63,081 bases of DNA, filler included, from Hyphochytrium catenoides (GCA_900088475.1; 6 parts of 6 records of this genome joined end to end with filler, not necessarily neighbours in it), one strand, 5' to 3'. Shown: positions 25,466 through 38,934, counted from the whole stretch's first letter. Numbers and translations are program-made. Notes: generated by a model from the sequence alone, not told the origin.

Positions 25466-28400
25466 ATGCCGCTTTCAACTCTAACCTGGAGAGCGGAAAC
25501 CCCCTCGGGGGCGTCGCGACCTGAAGAAGGGCTGAAGCTGGAGGCAGGCGACTTGTATGATGTAGAGTTTTCTGGGTCGCACATGGGATTGAACGTGGGC
25601 AAAGCCCCAGAGGGCATTGAGGTACCTGCTACTGAGTTCTAGGCTTGGCGCCACCTACTGTCAACCCTTTGTCCTCTACCAACCTCTTCTCGTTCGGTCT
25701 CCTCTCCGCCTCTGTCTTAGCCCTTTGTCATCGCGGGTACTTTGCTTGATACGCTTGTCATCGCGGGTACTTTGCTTGATACGGCACTAGCCGTGGGGCT
25801 CTTATCTCCTTAGTCGCAATGGTTCTCAATCCCACAATCTGATAGTCTTCCTTCCCCTACGCCTCCTACCATTTTCTCTCTCTCACTCTCAAACTGTCTG
25901 CTGCAGGTGGTTTCGTACACTCCTGACATCAGTCCAGAAGTGCAACGGATTGTCGCGATAGGCGACGTTGTTCTCGCCGTCAACCAGCGGGACATCACGA
26001 CGCTAAGCTTCAGCCAGGCTCTGGAGCAGATCAAGAAGTGTGCTAGGCCCATGACGCTCACATTTAGGCGAGGGAAGAAGGGATCCAATAGCATCACAGA
26101 GCTACTTTCTCGTATGAGCGAACAGGGAACCGCTTACCGGTCCAAAGGTGAGCCACAGGGTGATGCCGTCAAGGCGAAGGCAAGTAGAGTTAGAGCAAAT
26201 GGAGGGAGGGAGAGGGAGAGGGTAGAGGGATTGTGGCTGTCGCCTTCAAGCACATGCCCCATCATCGTGATATATCTGAGGAGAATGCTTCCTTGCCATA
26301 TCCCTGTTTTCTGCCTTGTTCCTGTTGTCTGTCTTCCTTCTGCTCATTTCCTCACCCCTCCTTTGTTCTTGCGGATGTCAACAGACAGCAACCGGCTGTA
26401 CTTCGTCATCGGCGCACATGAGGCGTTACAATCTGCTGTGGGAGAAGGGAAAGCCAGTGCGGTCCCACTTGTTATTACAGCTGCACTACAGGGCCAACTG
26501 CCACAATTTTCTCTCTCGCAGCTCTTAGAATGCCCTCTCTCCACAAGTATATATATGCTCTTCTTAGTGCAACACCAAGCTCATCGACTGCTGGAGATTG
26601 TGAGGCTACTTAGGTTGATTCTTTCACTGGGGGAGGCTAGCATTAGCCCTTCTCCTCGCTTGTGCCCCACAAAACTTCTCTTGCATCTTAGCAGAAACTA
26701 TTTGAACAACTGGGACTCCGTCTCTAATGGCATCTCTGCAATATTGCCGATAGACGGACTGAAAGCTCGGCTAACTTCTCTACCGGGATCAAAGACAGCG
26801 GAAACACCCGAGAACGGCGCTGAGAGTGCAGAAGGCACCGTGAAGTCTCTTTCGGCTTCTCCGTCTTTTCTAAAGTCTCCACCTTCTTCGTCGACTGCCT
26901 CGGTCAGATCGCCTCTCTCATCTGGAAAACTTATAAGCCGACTGCGCGGGGTAGGAAAGAAGGCACCTGCGTCATTAGATAAAGATCTTGGCAATCAGCT
27001 AAGAGATCTACTGAGGAATCTGTCGTCTGTGCATGAGAATGACTGGCTCCCAAGATTCAAGCAAAGCGAACTGTTGCGGCACGTACTCTCTGCTGCTCGC
27101 CGAGGGCTTACGAAGAGCAACTATGAGCCTCTCCTCGACGCTATCAACCACACAAAATTCCCTAAGGGTATAGTGGCACATCGATCCCCCATCTCTGTAG
27201 AAGACATCTCCCAATGGGTCTACTCTCGGAACCCGACAGATGTCTCTCAAGGCAATGTGGTGTTCTCTCTGACCTGTGTTTGGTTTCATCATGATAACGG
27301 TCAGAACTTAGAGCTTGACTCAGTAGGCGCCGGTTGGCCATTGGAACCAGGCAAGAAAGAGCTTCTTTCTTTGCCTTCCTCTACTTCCAAAGTCGATACC
27401 GAGAATGTCAATGTCTTCTTTGTGCCAAACAACGCCACAGCGAAGCTTCTCAGCCCCGGGAAAGGTCCACATTCGACGTCTCCTCTGGCTTTTAACTTTG
27501 TGATGGACCAAGGTGGCAAGCTTGTACATGGCGCTTGTGTGACAGCATTCGTCTCCAGCGACCAAAGAGAAGAGAACAACCAAGAAGAAGGATCAGCCGA
27601 AGGGGTAGCGACAGGCTTCTGTCTTCTTTCCTCCGGCCCTTTGGTGAAGTCCATGCGTCATAGATTAGCGAAGTACTTACGGAGCTACAACTGGGAGTGC
27701 AAACCTCCTCCTTCACTACTCAAGAGTCTAGTCAAACCTATAGAGTTGCCTAGCTCCTCGGGCTCAAAAGATAACCCTTTGCCCTACCTAGACTTCCCTC
27801 TGGAAATGCTTTTCGAGATGCTGAGTTTGGATGCTACCCTCTCCGTGCTGAACTCTCTTCTTTTGGAGAGAAAAATTCTTCTCACCTCGCAGTATTATAG
27901 CGCCTTAATGACCGCCGCTGAAGGGCTGAAGTCGCTTCTCTATCCATTAGGATGGTGGCATATTTTTGTGCCCCTCCTCCCTCTCTCGATGTTGGATCAC
28001 ATCGAATGCCCAGCTCCATACATCATAGGTAAGAACGGCTACTTCGCATCAAATTCTGCATCCTAGGCCTCGCCGTTATCTATGGACAAACCTTGTATTC
28101 AAAGGGGCCATTTGCTACCTTTCCTCCTCTGTCTGCCTATATGGTCTGCGGTCGCTCTGCATGCAAATCAGGGCCTTAGTATGACTCCACTAACACTTCC
28201 ACTTCATTCTGCTTCCCCTCAGGTGTCCATGCAGACTTTATCAATAACACAAATTTGAGTTCTCTCTCAGACGTGGTGGTTGTTGACTTGGATTCGGGTT
28301 CTGTCACTGGACCATCGTTGCAGGGAGCTGAGAAACCTCCAACGCTCCCTCATAGAGAGGAACTCAGGAAGAAACTATGCAGTCTGTTGAACCTCTTAGT

Positions 28401-29030
28401 GCATGACTGCGATGAGCTCACAAGCTCGTGGACTGAGCAGTCGCAGGAGTCTTTGAAGACTCATTCTGGGCAGATGAGAATTCTGGCCGTTAGAGAGGTA
28501 AGGGAAGACTTTATCAGGCACTGAGATGCCATGTGCTGGATATTTTATTCACTATCTGGTTCAGCCAATGCGTCGTCTGTCCACAATGATATCTGCCAAA
28601 ACTCTTCCGTTCTTGTTATCGTTTCTGCTCTCCTTCTCAGCGGCCGTCTCTCAAGATGAATCACTGCTTTACCATCTTCATCATCTTTGTGTTTTCACCA
28701 TTGATATCAAATCTTCTTCAGGCACTGACCACAATGCCTTGGTTTGATCTTTGGCATCTTCTACCGCGTCTTCCCATCAACCTCCTCCTCTGCAAGGCCT
28801 TTGCATCATACATTTTCAATCTTCTATCAGGCTATGGCGATGCTTGCACTAGCTTGGAAGGGGCAGGCAACGCTACCCATGGTGGTGTTATTTTTGACGA
28901 AGCGGTCTTCCTTGCCTCCTGTGATCAGAGGGACCAGCCTTTCTACCAACATTTTATCAAAACGCAGGCATTCTCGGCCTTTCTGGGCACCAAGATGCTC
29001 CTGTCTCCATATCCGGAGTGTGTCAAGTGA
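25466..29030 (+). CDS. PDZ + RGS-like + DENN domain protein (putative Rab GEF), multi-exon
   Basis: YDVEFSGSHMGLNV|..IGDVVLAVN..SFSQALEQIK..RPMTLTF (PDZ); FNFV..HGAC, LLLERKILL, LLYPLGW.HIFVPLLP...CPAPYIIG|VH, DVVVVDLD (DENN); FY..FIKTQAFSAF (dDENN). Confidence 0.85.
25725..25783. repeat. 30-bp tandem duplication in an intron
   Basis: TTGTCATCGCGGGTACTTTGCTTGATACG occurs twice, period 30. Confidence 0.9.
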
Positions 29031-29475
29031 CCAACCGTTCCTGGGAGTTTCCGGTTCATGGCAAGACAAAAGAAGTACAAAGGGTGACCATTCATCTATC
29101 GGAGGCCAAGGCGTGACTAGAGTCAACGCTGACCTAGGTACCTTCTCTTATGGAGGTAACAAGAGGGGCGAGAATCGTGCTCCGTCCCCGAAAAGTTCCT
29201 CGCTTATAGAAGCTTGCAAGGCTTAATGTTTGTCTTCTCCTTCCCCCAGAACAGATAAGGCTATTTAGGTTGAGGCATGATAAGTATAGATCACAGGCAG
29301 GAGATCGAAGTCGATGGGGCTGTAACAGTTAGGAGACTTTGCGATGGTAGTAGGAGAAGGCTAACTCCTTTATTTATTTAACTATGCTACGGCACCGACA
29401 AGTCGACACAGTATTATTCTCACTGCTTGACTCCTAGTCATAGCATGTCTTTGTGAACTAACTAAGCGCTCCCTT

Positions 29476-29642
29476 TTACTTTGCGTCATCGCCTCTCGTT
29501 GGGCTGTACCGGTCCGAGCCCTCCGCTGGACTATATGCCGGTGAAGATGGACTATATGCTGGACTGCTAGGGCTGTACGCCGGACTGGTCGGGCTATAGG
29601 CGGGACTAGTCGGGCTATAAGCAGGACTAGTTGGGCTATATG
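29476..29642 (-). CDS. RPB1: RNA polymerase II largest subunit, C-terminal heptad domain (partial, cut by contig end)
   Basis: Minus strand translates as (YSPTSPA)3(YSPSSPA)2[19 protein letters not shown]. Absent from the ORF track. Confidence 0.92.
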
Positions 29643-29742
29643 NNNNNNNNNNNNNNNNNNNNNNNNNNNNNNNNNNNNNNNNNNNNTTAATTAATTAANN
29701 NNNNNNNNNNNNNNNNNNNNNNNNNNNNNNNNNNNNNNNNNN
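29643..29742. other. Artificial contig-joining spacer
   Basis: N44-TTAATTAATTAA-N44. Confidence 0.97.
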
Positions 29743-29970
29743 ACATAGGGAGACCTCTTCCGGGAGACAGAGTTAGAGGGAGATGCACCATTTGTATACT
29801 TCTTGAGGGGGAAAGCACGAGACAGAGATCGTAAGAAGAGAGACACAGAGAGGTCGCATGATGTTGAAGCTTCAAAAACTGTAAATGGAGACAACAAGAT
29901 TGTGCGCTTTAGACCGTGACCTGTGTGTACCTTCGAGACGCCATTGTTTCCCCTAATAAATCCGAGAATG

Positions 29971-30259
29971 GGTGCGGTGTCGTTGTGATGTGTCGTTCGG
30001 GGATACGAGGCGATAATGACGAATCTTGGAGACGAAAACAAGGAGGTGTCCCGGCGTTGTTGTGAGACTTGTTCGGGGATACGAGGCGAATATGACGAAT
30101 CTTGAACACGAAAACAAGGAGGTGTGCGGCGTTGTTGTGAGACTTGTTCCGGGATATGAGGCGATAATGACGAATCTTGGAGACGAAAACAAGGAGGTGT
30201 GCGGCGTTGTTGTGAGACGTGTTCGGGGATACGAGGCGATGATGATGAATTTTGAAGAC
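29971..30259. repeat. 75-bp minisatellite, ~3.8 copies
   Basis: GTTC(g/c)GGGATA(c/t)GAGGCGA recurs at 29995, 30071, 30146 and 30221 (periods 76, 75, 75). The whole unit is conserved. Confidence 0.92.
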
Positions 30260-31076
30260 CAAGTACACTCGAGCACTCGAGCCTATTCATCAGTTCGCGG
30301 AGGAAGGTCTGACATCGGAGTAGGAGAGACGCTACTGACAGCCGTCAGCCATCCCTTGATGTTCAGTCGAGGCCGTCCCTTGTATCTCAGCCGAAGGCAT
30401 TAGAGAGGTTTTATGGTGAAGAGCTTGCTGAGAAGTCAGAATGATGAGAAATGAGGTATGCAATCGCTGCTCTTCAGGACGTGGAGAACAACGGTGAAGG
30501 AGATAAGCTTCAAGCTCGCGTCAATAGGACTTGCCAGGCGTTGCTATGTGCTTTGTGCTGAGAAGGCCATCCTTCTTTAGTATGTGAACGGCTTCTGAGA
30601 CTGCTATCCTATTAACCCTTTTGTCGGGGATTTGTAGCGCGCTACCAGACAGATCGGAACTTTAGTGACTGATTGCGTCAGGTGTTGGCATTTAACCGTC
30701 CGGTCCTGATGAAGTGCGCAGCATCCTAAGGTCCACGTCGATCTCTAGCTGCCCCTTCCATCTCTAGCTGCCAACCTCTTCAGGTGGCTGGCATTGATGG
30801 TCATCATAATTTCCTGAAGAGCTTTGTAAGCTTCCGCGTCGGTCCTGAGACGGACCCACCTGACAAAAGTCCAAGACCTTCTTATCTTATGCCGTATTCA
30901 TTTCTCCACATGTCCTCAAAGCGAAGGCCCTTGCCAAACCCACAAGCACTGAGTCATTGAAGTTCTGATCTGGATGGTAGCGCGGTACAGAGTTCCTAGA
31001 AAGAAGCTTTGTATATACCATTTTACACCGGTAATTGAATCGCCTGTAGTCTATTGAGAAGAGAGAGAGAGAAGCG

Positions 31077-34000
31077 CTAGAAGTCAGAGAATGACATTTT
31101 GGGGTCCCCTCTGGACTTTCCCCTGCCCCTACCCCTTCCTCTGCCCCTTCTTCCACCTCTGCCGCCCCGTCTAGAGAGCTTGATGTGCTTGAAGCGGCCT
31201 TGCTTGAGCTCTGTTAGAGAGTTCAGGAGGTCATCGCACACTACACAGCCTTCGTAAGACACTTCTCCGCCTCCAAGGGGTGACTTCTCCTTGTGGAACT
31301 CAACCTAAGAATAGTAGAGGACCAAAGGTCAAAATGGAGTGAAAGAAAAGTCTAAAGGGTTTAGAAAGGGATCCTAGGACATCTGCCTAACATAGAAAAT
31401 GCTCTCTCCTTGGAGGCAGAGCCCCGATAGCAACAAACTGCATGGAGAGGGAGGCTATCTAAGACAGCTAAAGAGAGATTATAGTCTTCTAGACGAGCTT
31501 CCAACTCTTGCAGGGAAAGAGACAGAGCATGCCGTGACGGCCATACCTTGATCCTAGTACACCCGCATTCCTCGCACTGACTGTTCTTCAGCACCTTTAT
31601 GTTATGCAGAGGACCATGGAAGCGGATAAGAAGGTTGCAGGAATTGCAGCTTAGCTTCCAGTTTGGCTTGCTGTTCACGTCCAGCACCATTAAGCCACCG
31701 CACCCTGCTTTGCCTCCGTCTTCTCCTTCTTCAGGTCCACCGCCGGATTCTGCAAGGTGATAGAGGCAGAAGGCTGTCATCAGAAGGAAAGAAACATTCC
31801 ATGGCGAGAAAGGATATAAGCTCAAGACTAGGTCTTTGACAAATCGCTGGGGCATAACATATCGCATTGGATATGGTAGCAAACATTATTTGCTGAGCCC
31901 AAAAGGAAGAAAGATCATCTGGCATGGGCAACAATAGAGTAATCATCAATGGGACGAGACAGAGAGAGAGCATACCTGGGCACGGGCAGACTCCGTTGGA
32001 TATTGCTGAGTGCTTGCAGGACGGATGGAGACAAGAGTCGCAACCCATCCGCGACAGTCCTTGAAAGGGAGGCATGTTATAACACGAAGGGCATAGAGGG
32101 TAAGACTTTCCCTGAGCTTTCGCGCTGTTCCCTAGAGAGAAGAGCACCAGCTCGAACCCATCCAAAGGGCACTTGTTTTCCTGGGTAGGATAAATGGCGT
32201 TAGGGCATGTGATGCAGAGACTGTAAGGGCAACAAGAAGAACAATGTCAGACAGGAAAGGACAATTAGACTAGTGCGATAGAGGTAGAGAAACAAGCTTA
32301 GTGGCTCTCTGTGTCTATAAATTGCCTAAGACTCTCCAGGCCTTCATTAATCTGGTCGCTCCTTCCACGTGCGTCTGCTTTGCTCTTTTGCGGTTCCTCC
32401 TAATATCTTACCATGTACTGCTTGATGGTCCCGTTCTGAGGCAGGTTATAAGTGTCTTGGCACGTAGGGCAGTAGAGACGTTGGGGCTTGAGGTGGATGT
32501 ACCGCATGTACCGTGTACACTTCCCACACTAAGACAATAACGACAGTCAGGCAGAGAAGGTTGACGCAACACCCTAAGGTATAGACCAAGAGAAGCTGAA
32601 GAGAAGTGAGGCAGGACTCAATTGTGAGCTAAGTAAACTGTTGGCTCCAAAGTACAGAGTGAGACCACTCAACTTAAGGAGGAAGAGATATGTTAGTCAG
32701 GAGTATGAGCAAATCATCCCTCCATTCTCACCCTGGAGATGAATCTGCCCGTGTCCGCAAGAGGCGAGAACTGCGCTTCGAAGAGACTGTCAACTTTCTC
32801 AATCTTTGCCACAAAGTACTGGAACTTCCGATGAAATATATCCAGACNNNNNNNNNNNNNNNNNNNNNNNNNNNNNNATAAACGGTGAAGATGTCTAAGA
32901 ATGAGAATGGCAGGAAGTCATTCATGTTAAGAACAACCACATAGAGAATAGTAATGAAAAGACATACCCCAGCTTCGCACATCATTTCTTAGACCTTTCA
33001 CTAATATAGTTTGTACGTCTTCCATTCGTTTTCCTCCTCATCCACACCGATGTCAGCTCAACCTCTCCCCGCCATAACCGCTCTTACCTTGGCTATTAAA
33101 GTGCACTGCTGCTCTATGGCTCCTCGGACACGTGGAAGCACCAACTCCCCGTCTATAAGGTGATATCCATGGACCAATAGAATCCCTAATGCAGTTGGGA
33201 TGAGAGTACGACCTGGAGGAACAATTCGAGCAGAGATTAAGTTAAATCCTGATCAAACTGGCCACTACCTTTCCATTAGCTAAGGGACAAGCAAAAGGGT
33301 TTTTCGACGAGGAGCAAATAGGCTGCCTCTGGACTTAGAATCGACAAGTGACTCTTGCGTCTCTTCAATGCTCTCTTTTGTTTCGTTTCGTCTGTCGCTG
33401 CCGCTCTGCCTCTTACCTTGTCCTAGGGCGACATAGTTCCTGGTGCAGATATTGTTAATATGAGTAGCAATGCTGGCATCCGTTCCAATGCCATGCCTCT
33501 CCATAAGAGAGATCAGCTCGCTTTCTGTTAAATATCCTGGTGGCGACGTCTGGCCAGTCCGCAGTCTGGCGAGACGAAATTGCGGTTAAGTATCAACTAT
33601 AATCGCCTCCACACAGAGCACAAATAGCAGGGATATATGTAAGGGGCAGTGGGCAGAAGGGCATATGTCTACGTCGAGCGACAAGAAAAGATTCTCACTT
33701 GATAGAAGATGTGGAGAACTCTTCTCCAATTGTGAAGGAAGGGACTGAGACTTCTGCCACCGAGGTCATCAGCACTGCTTGGAAGCCAGGATCTAGCGTT
33801 CGAGAGCCAGATAGAGAAAACGATTCCGAGCCGCAAGAGAAAGTCACGGTCGTAGCTAAATAGCTAGAGAGAGGACCCCATATGAGAATGGTATACACTT
33901 TGTCCCAGAACAGAAGTCACGATATCCTCTCCCAAATCCCTTTTCTCTCTCTCTAATTTCCAAAGCATCGCCCCACGCACGTTAACAGTTTCTCTTATAA

Positions 34001-37000
34001 AGAAGTATCCGCCTTATCTCATTTCTTCATCGTTTGCCTGCTTGTCTCCCTGCAGCGTTTTAACTGCCTTCTCCTCCCTTGGGCATTTATCAGCTGCTTC
34101 TCTTTACGTACCGTGAGTCTGGACTGACTGAGGCAATAAAGTTCCGCGTAATCAGATCATAGAGGCGAAGAGTATCCCTGGAAGCATTAGGTTGAGCCAA
34201 GGAGAGGGGTAAAATTAGACTAACAAAGGTGATATGGTCGAAGATGTAAGACAAAACCTCAATGACTTCTGTAGGAAAAGTCTCTCATTTGAAGATCAAT
34301 CGCCACTTGGTCTTTCCTTACCCTGTAAGAAGGCCATCATTTGGTGCCACAGGTGTGATGGGAGGGTGGTCACCTACATCGACTCCTTTTCTTGGAGGAG
34401 TGAGTCCTTCAGCTAGAATTTTCGATACAAAGCTGCCCCAGAGCTAAGAAAGTAAGAACAACTTAACCATCATAAGCCCGGCAAAGTAAAGTAGCAGACA
34501 AAGGAAGTAAGCACGAAATGCCTGACAACAAGTTTCATTGGATTCGGAAAAAGGGAGAAACAGCCACGAAAGGTGTCAAAGATAGAATGGCAGAGTAAGA
34601 CAAGGTGTCAAGAAGTTAGCCAAGATCAGATCATCGATGACGCAACTGTGGATCAAGCACATCTTAGTATAGGCCAAGAAGGCTCGAGGTCATTGCCCCT
34701 TCTTATAACTCTAGAGCCTCAGATTGGGGCCCGGAACACGTGACGCATAGTGACAGTATGATTGGATCCACCACATTCTCCAGAGAGCAGAACCAAATGC
34801 AAAGAGAGCGAAAAGCTATGGCGCCAACGCACCGGATTGGACCTCTGCTGCATTAATGTGCCCTTGAGGTCAAAGCTCTCTGGATACGTAGTGCTCTCTG
34901 TTCGAGGATAAGAAATGTAGCCCTGAAAAGAATGACGCGGTCGGTCGAGGAAGAGAGGGATGAGTTAGGTGAGGAGGGCCAGACGGCTAACTTGAGCTAT
35001 CCACAGAGGTAATGAGAACGGAAAGAAGGGTCCAAAAGCTTGTGGAAGGTCTCTCAGTGGCCAAGAATCTTGGCCATTACCCAGGAATAGGCCTAAGGAG
35101 TTATGGGCGGCGTCCAAGACTAAGAATAGTAAGGAGGAGCTCAGAACTGCGCAGCAGACCTGAAGATAGAGGTTCTCGGCACAGTGCATGGCTGCTTGAG
35201 GGCCCATGCCAAGTCCTTTTGACGCCAGCTTCAGCATCTCCACCGTGTTCAGACCCTGTGGCCGTGTCCTCCTTCCCTCCGACTCCTTCACGCTTCTTAC
35301 TGTCCCCTTCCCTGCGTTTAAGAACCAATATAGAACCGCTCAGATGAGTGTTCGCTTTGCAAAAGGAGTTTAGCCTCTCTGAGAATGCGAGAATCCGCTC
35401 TAGGTCTCAGCAGCTCCGCTGCTTTACTCCCTGACCTTCTTCTGTGCCGTCACTCCGAACGTCAATCTGCAATACTCTCTATTTTCTCTTCTTTCCACGT
35501 CTCTCTGTTAATTGCGTGTCTCTCAACGCTCCTCATATCCTACCTGCATCCTTTACAAGCTGCTCGAATGTCGAGGCGATCTCCTGGTCGAACACACGGC
35601 CCCGCTCCCATTCCAGAGTCAGCGTCTGTGGGTCCTTCTGTATCTTCAGGTCCAGCGTCCAGAATGTTTCCGGCTAAAGACAGAGAGTGAGGAGAGACAC
35701 CGATTTGACTAGGAAACGATAGAGTACGGGACAGAAGGTGCTGGTGTGGGAGAGACACTTTGCCCTTAACGTGATGAACCATTCCCAAAAAAAGGGAACC
35801 ATGCTTTCCAAAGACAAGGAAAACATTAATAGACAGACCGAAGGAGAGATAAAAGACATCGCCTGCACTTCGCGATTTACCTTGAAGGAGGTAATCTCAT
35901 CGTGTCTGTCGACGCAGAAGCCCAGAGTCGGTGTTTGACAGGGGCCGTAAGAGATGAGAGAGGAGTCTAAGTCCCCATATTTCCCTGCCAATGGAAGACA
36001 AGAGAAGCTTGTCAAGATGTCTCTCAGATTTCTCCATCAACGTCATACTTTCCTTCCTGCTCTTCCCTTCCTTGATTGCACTTAACCCTAAAAAATCTTA
36101 CGGTGTGCAAAGGGCTTCTTCCTCTTTTCAGGCTGTTTCCTTCAGCCCGCAATCTGGTCTCTCTTCTTTTTCTCTCTCTCTCTCTCCCTCTCTCTTTCTC
36201 TCTCTCTTTTTTCTCGCTTTCTTTCTCTCTAGCTTCTTTTCTCGTCTATAGCTCTGCGTTATCCTCCATGGACATACTACCATATAGTCTCTGTCCTTTC
36301 TCTCTCTCTATGGATATATATATATTTACCTTGAAAATAGCGCGTCTGGAAACGCGAGAAGGCCACTCCAACCTTAAGGTCTAGCTCCTGTCTTGCATCT
36401 ACCGAGAGCGACTCCTAACATGACAGTGTGATAAAGCAACGGCGATACGATAAGAGAGCCATCCATCCATAAGTTAAAGCAGAAACAGAAAGAGAGAGAT
36501 CGAGAGGTTGTACCACGCGGGCAAAGCGAATGAACGGCGGGAACGAGGCAAGAAGTGAAGACGAAGACGGACGGCAAGTCACCTAAAGGGGTTGACACTA
36601 GCGGAGAAAGCGGATGAGAGAGTAGAAGAGAGAAAGCCTACAAGGGGGCAAAGACGAGCTGTGAGTGTGTGTGTATGTGNNNNNNNNNNNNNNNNNNNNN
36701 NNNNNNNNNNNNNNNNNTCTGAGTGCTTGCTCTATATCTGTCCTAGTGACCGCTGAGAACTTTGCTCTATAAATTTGCTGGCGACCGTGTGGCAGGCGGT
36801 TCAGCTTGGACCGAACAACATCAATCACTTCAAAGCAAATGTTCTCTCCCTGTTCAGAAAGAGGGAAGGAGGAGGTTAGACAATGCGAAAAGTATATGAA
36901 GAGTGAAAGTGGGGGAAAGAAGAGAGTTATAGAGAGAGACCGCGAGGAGTTGGGGAAAGGAGAGAGAAAGAGAGAGAGAGAGAGAAACTGTGTAGACAGG

Positions 37001-37492
37001 TACCGACAAAAGGAGATCGAGAGAGGCCGAGATCGCAAAAGAGAGAGAACGAGAGAGGGAGGGAGAGAGACAGAGAGAGAGTGCAAGGAACTCGATAAAG
37101 ACAAGTATGCATCTAGGGTAAGGGCTTTGTAGTGAAAAGGAGGAGCGAAGGAGAAGGTGACATGGCCGTTCTCATCTCTCTCTCTCATTTGATACCTCTC
37201 GGTCGCAATCTAGCCATAGAACAAGGTAATCTACGCCCTGCGCTTCTTTTTTTAGATGACTGCGCACTGCCGTTAGAAGAGGGTCCAGAAGCTTACAAGA
37301 GCCACTGTCCCGTACGTCTGCTCCTTTCTTCTACGCCAGCATTCTTCTCCGTTCCTGTGTCTCCTCTCTTCCCTCTCACTGCCTCTCCTCTCTCCTTCGC
37401 TGTCTCTCTCGTCGCTGGTTGTTCTTCTAAACCTTCCTCTCTGATCTGCGTGTTTATCTAGCACAGCTTCTCCCCCTTCGCTCTCCCTCTCC

Positions 37493-37543
<51 letters not shown>

Positions 37544-38374
37544 CTCTCTGTGCTTTATGTTTCTCCTCCCGCTTCTCTTCCGCCTTGTGCCCTTACTTTA
37601 TGATGCTTCCCTTCTCGGCAACCTTCAGCACAGGTGCTTGGAAGAGAGTGGCAGGGTCCACAGCGTCCCAGCTGGAATATTCCTTGGGGAAGTCCGTGCT
37701 GAAGATGTGACCGACAACAGAGGTTACCTATGACGAGAGGATGAGAGAGAGTGAGAGAGAGAAAGAGAGAGGGAGAGCGAGTGAGAGAAAGAGAGAGCGT
37801 GCGGGAGAGAGATAAACAGCTATAGAGCACGAAAGAGCAAGGAGAGAGAGTAAAAGAGAAGAGGGATAATAGCTTGATGATCAAGAGAACGGAAGACTCT
37901 AAAGGAGCTAAAAAGACGTAAGGATGTCGGGGTGATGACCCCGCGGCACAGAGAGCCAGGTAAACGACATCAAGGGAGAGGGGGAAAGAGAGAGAGAGAG
38001 AGCGAGAGTGAGAGAGAAAGAAGAGAGAGATTATGATGATAACGGACGTTGGAAGCGGCTGGGATGGAAGACACGTAGAGCTTACAAGGGAGAAGAATAG
38101 AGGAGTGAGAGAGAGAGNNNNNNNNNNNNNNNNNNNNNNNNNNNNAACGAGCGAGAACGACAGAGAGAGAGAGAGAGAACAGGAGGGGAGAGAGGAGGAG
38201 AGAACAGCCTCCACTGACTCTAAACTTCACTTCCTCTCCTCTGAACTGTCCTAAGAACTCATGGACCGGCGGCGATCTTCCTCTGGTCTCGTGCGAGCGG
38301 TTCGACAGCGCGTCTGCTATTGCATTGCAGATGGAAGGCTTCTCAGCCACCATCAGCGCCACCCGCGGCGCCAT
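31077..38374 (-). CDS. TOP3B: DNA topoisomerase III beta, multi-exon
   Basis: MVAEKPSIC (TOPRIM), [50 protein letters not shown], catalytic [10 protein letters not shown] (~34900), [17 protein letters not shown]-terminal Zn fingers ([28 protein letters not shown]) and an RGG/RG tail. Confidence 0.96.
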
Positions 38375-38643
38375 TGTGCAAGAGAGAATAGAGAGAGGAC
38401 AATCGAAAGAGAGAGAGAGAGAGATGGGACTTCAGAGCACGGCAAGCGAAGCTCTGCGAAAATTTGCTGCTGCGCAGAGAGAGAGAGAGAGAGATGGGGA
38501 GAGGGGAGAGTCAACCAGCCGGCCAAGAGGGTGTAAAAAGGAGAGACGAGAAGGAAGCTCTCCGCTCAGAAGAGGGAAAAGAGTCTGCTTGAAGTGAGCT
38601 CTCTGTATTAGGACTGGAGTTGAAGAGAGATCAGAGGAAAGAT

Positions 38644-38701
<58 letters not shown>

Positions 38702-38934
38702 ACACTGATCTGGACAAATCCACAGCCTCCTCCATACCTTGGCGTATTTTGGTATGGTTATGGCTAACACTATCATATGTAGACTGGTTAGGAATACATT
38801 ATATAGTAAAAAGTATAAGACTGGCGTCCACACCAACCCTTATTTCGTCGCTAAGTGTGCTCAAGTTAAGAGATATCTTTCCCCATGCCTCACTCTCTCT
38901 CTCTCTCTCTCGCACATTCCTCTCTCTCTCTCTC

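Noticed and set aside
29971-30259. CRISPR-like array
   Set aside because: No unique spacers; the whole 75-bp unit repeats; eukaryotic context with no cas genes.
30750-31020. Small gene downstream of TOP3B
   Set aside because: Would need a ~33-nt GC-AG intron and has no recognisable homology; probably UTR or intergenic.
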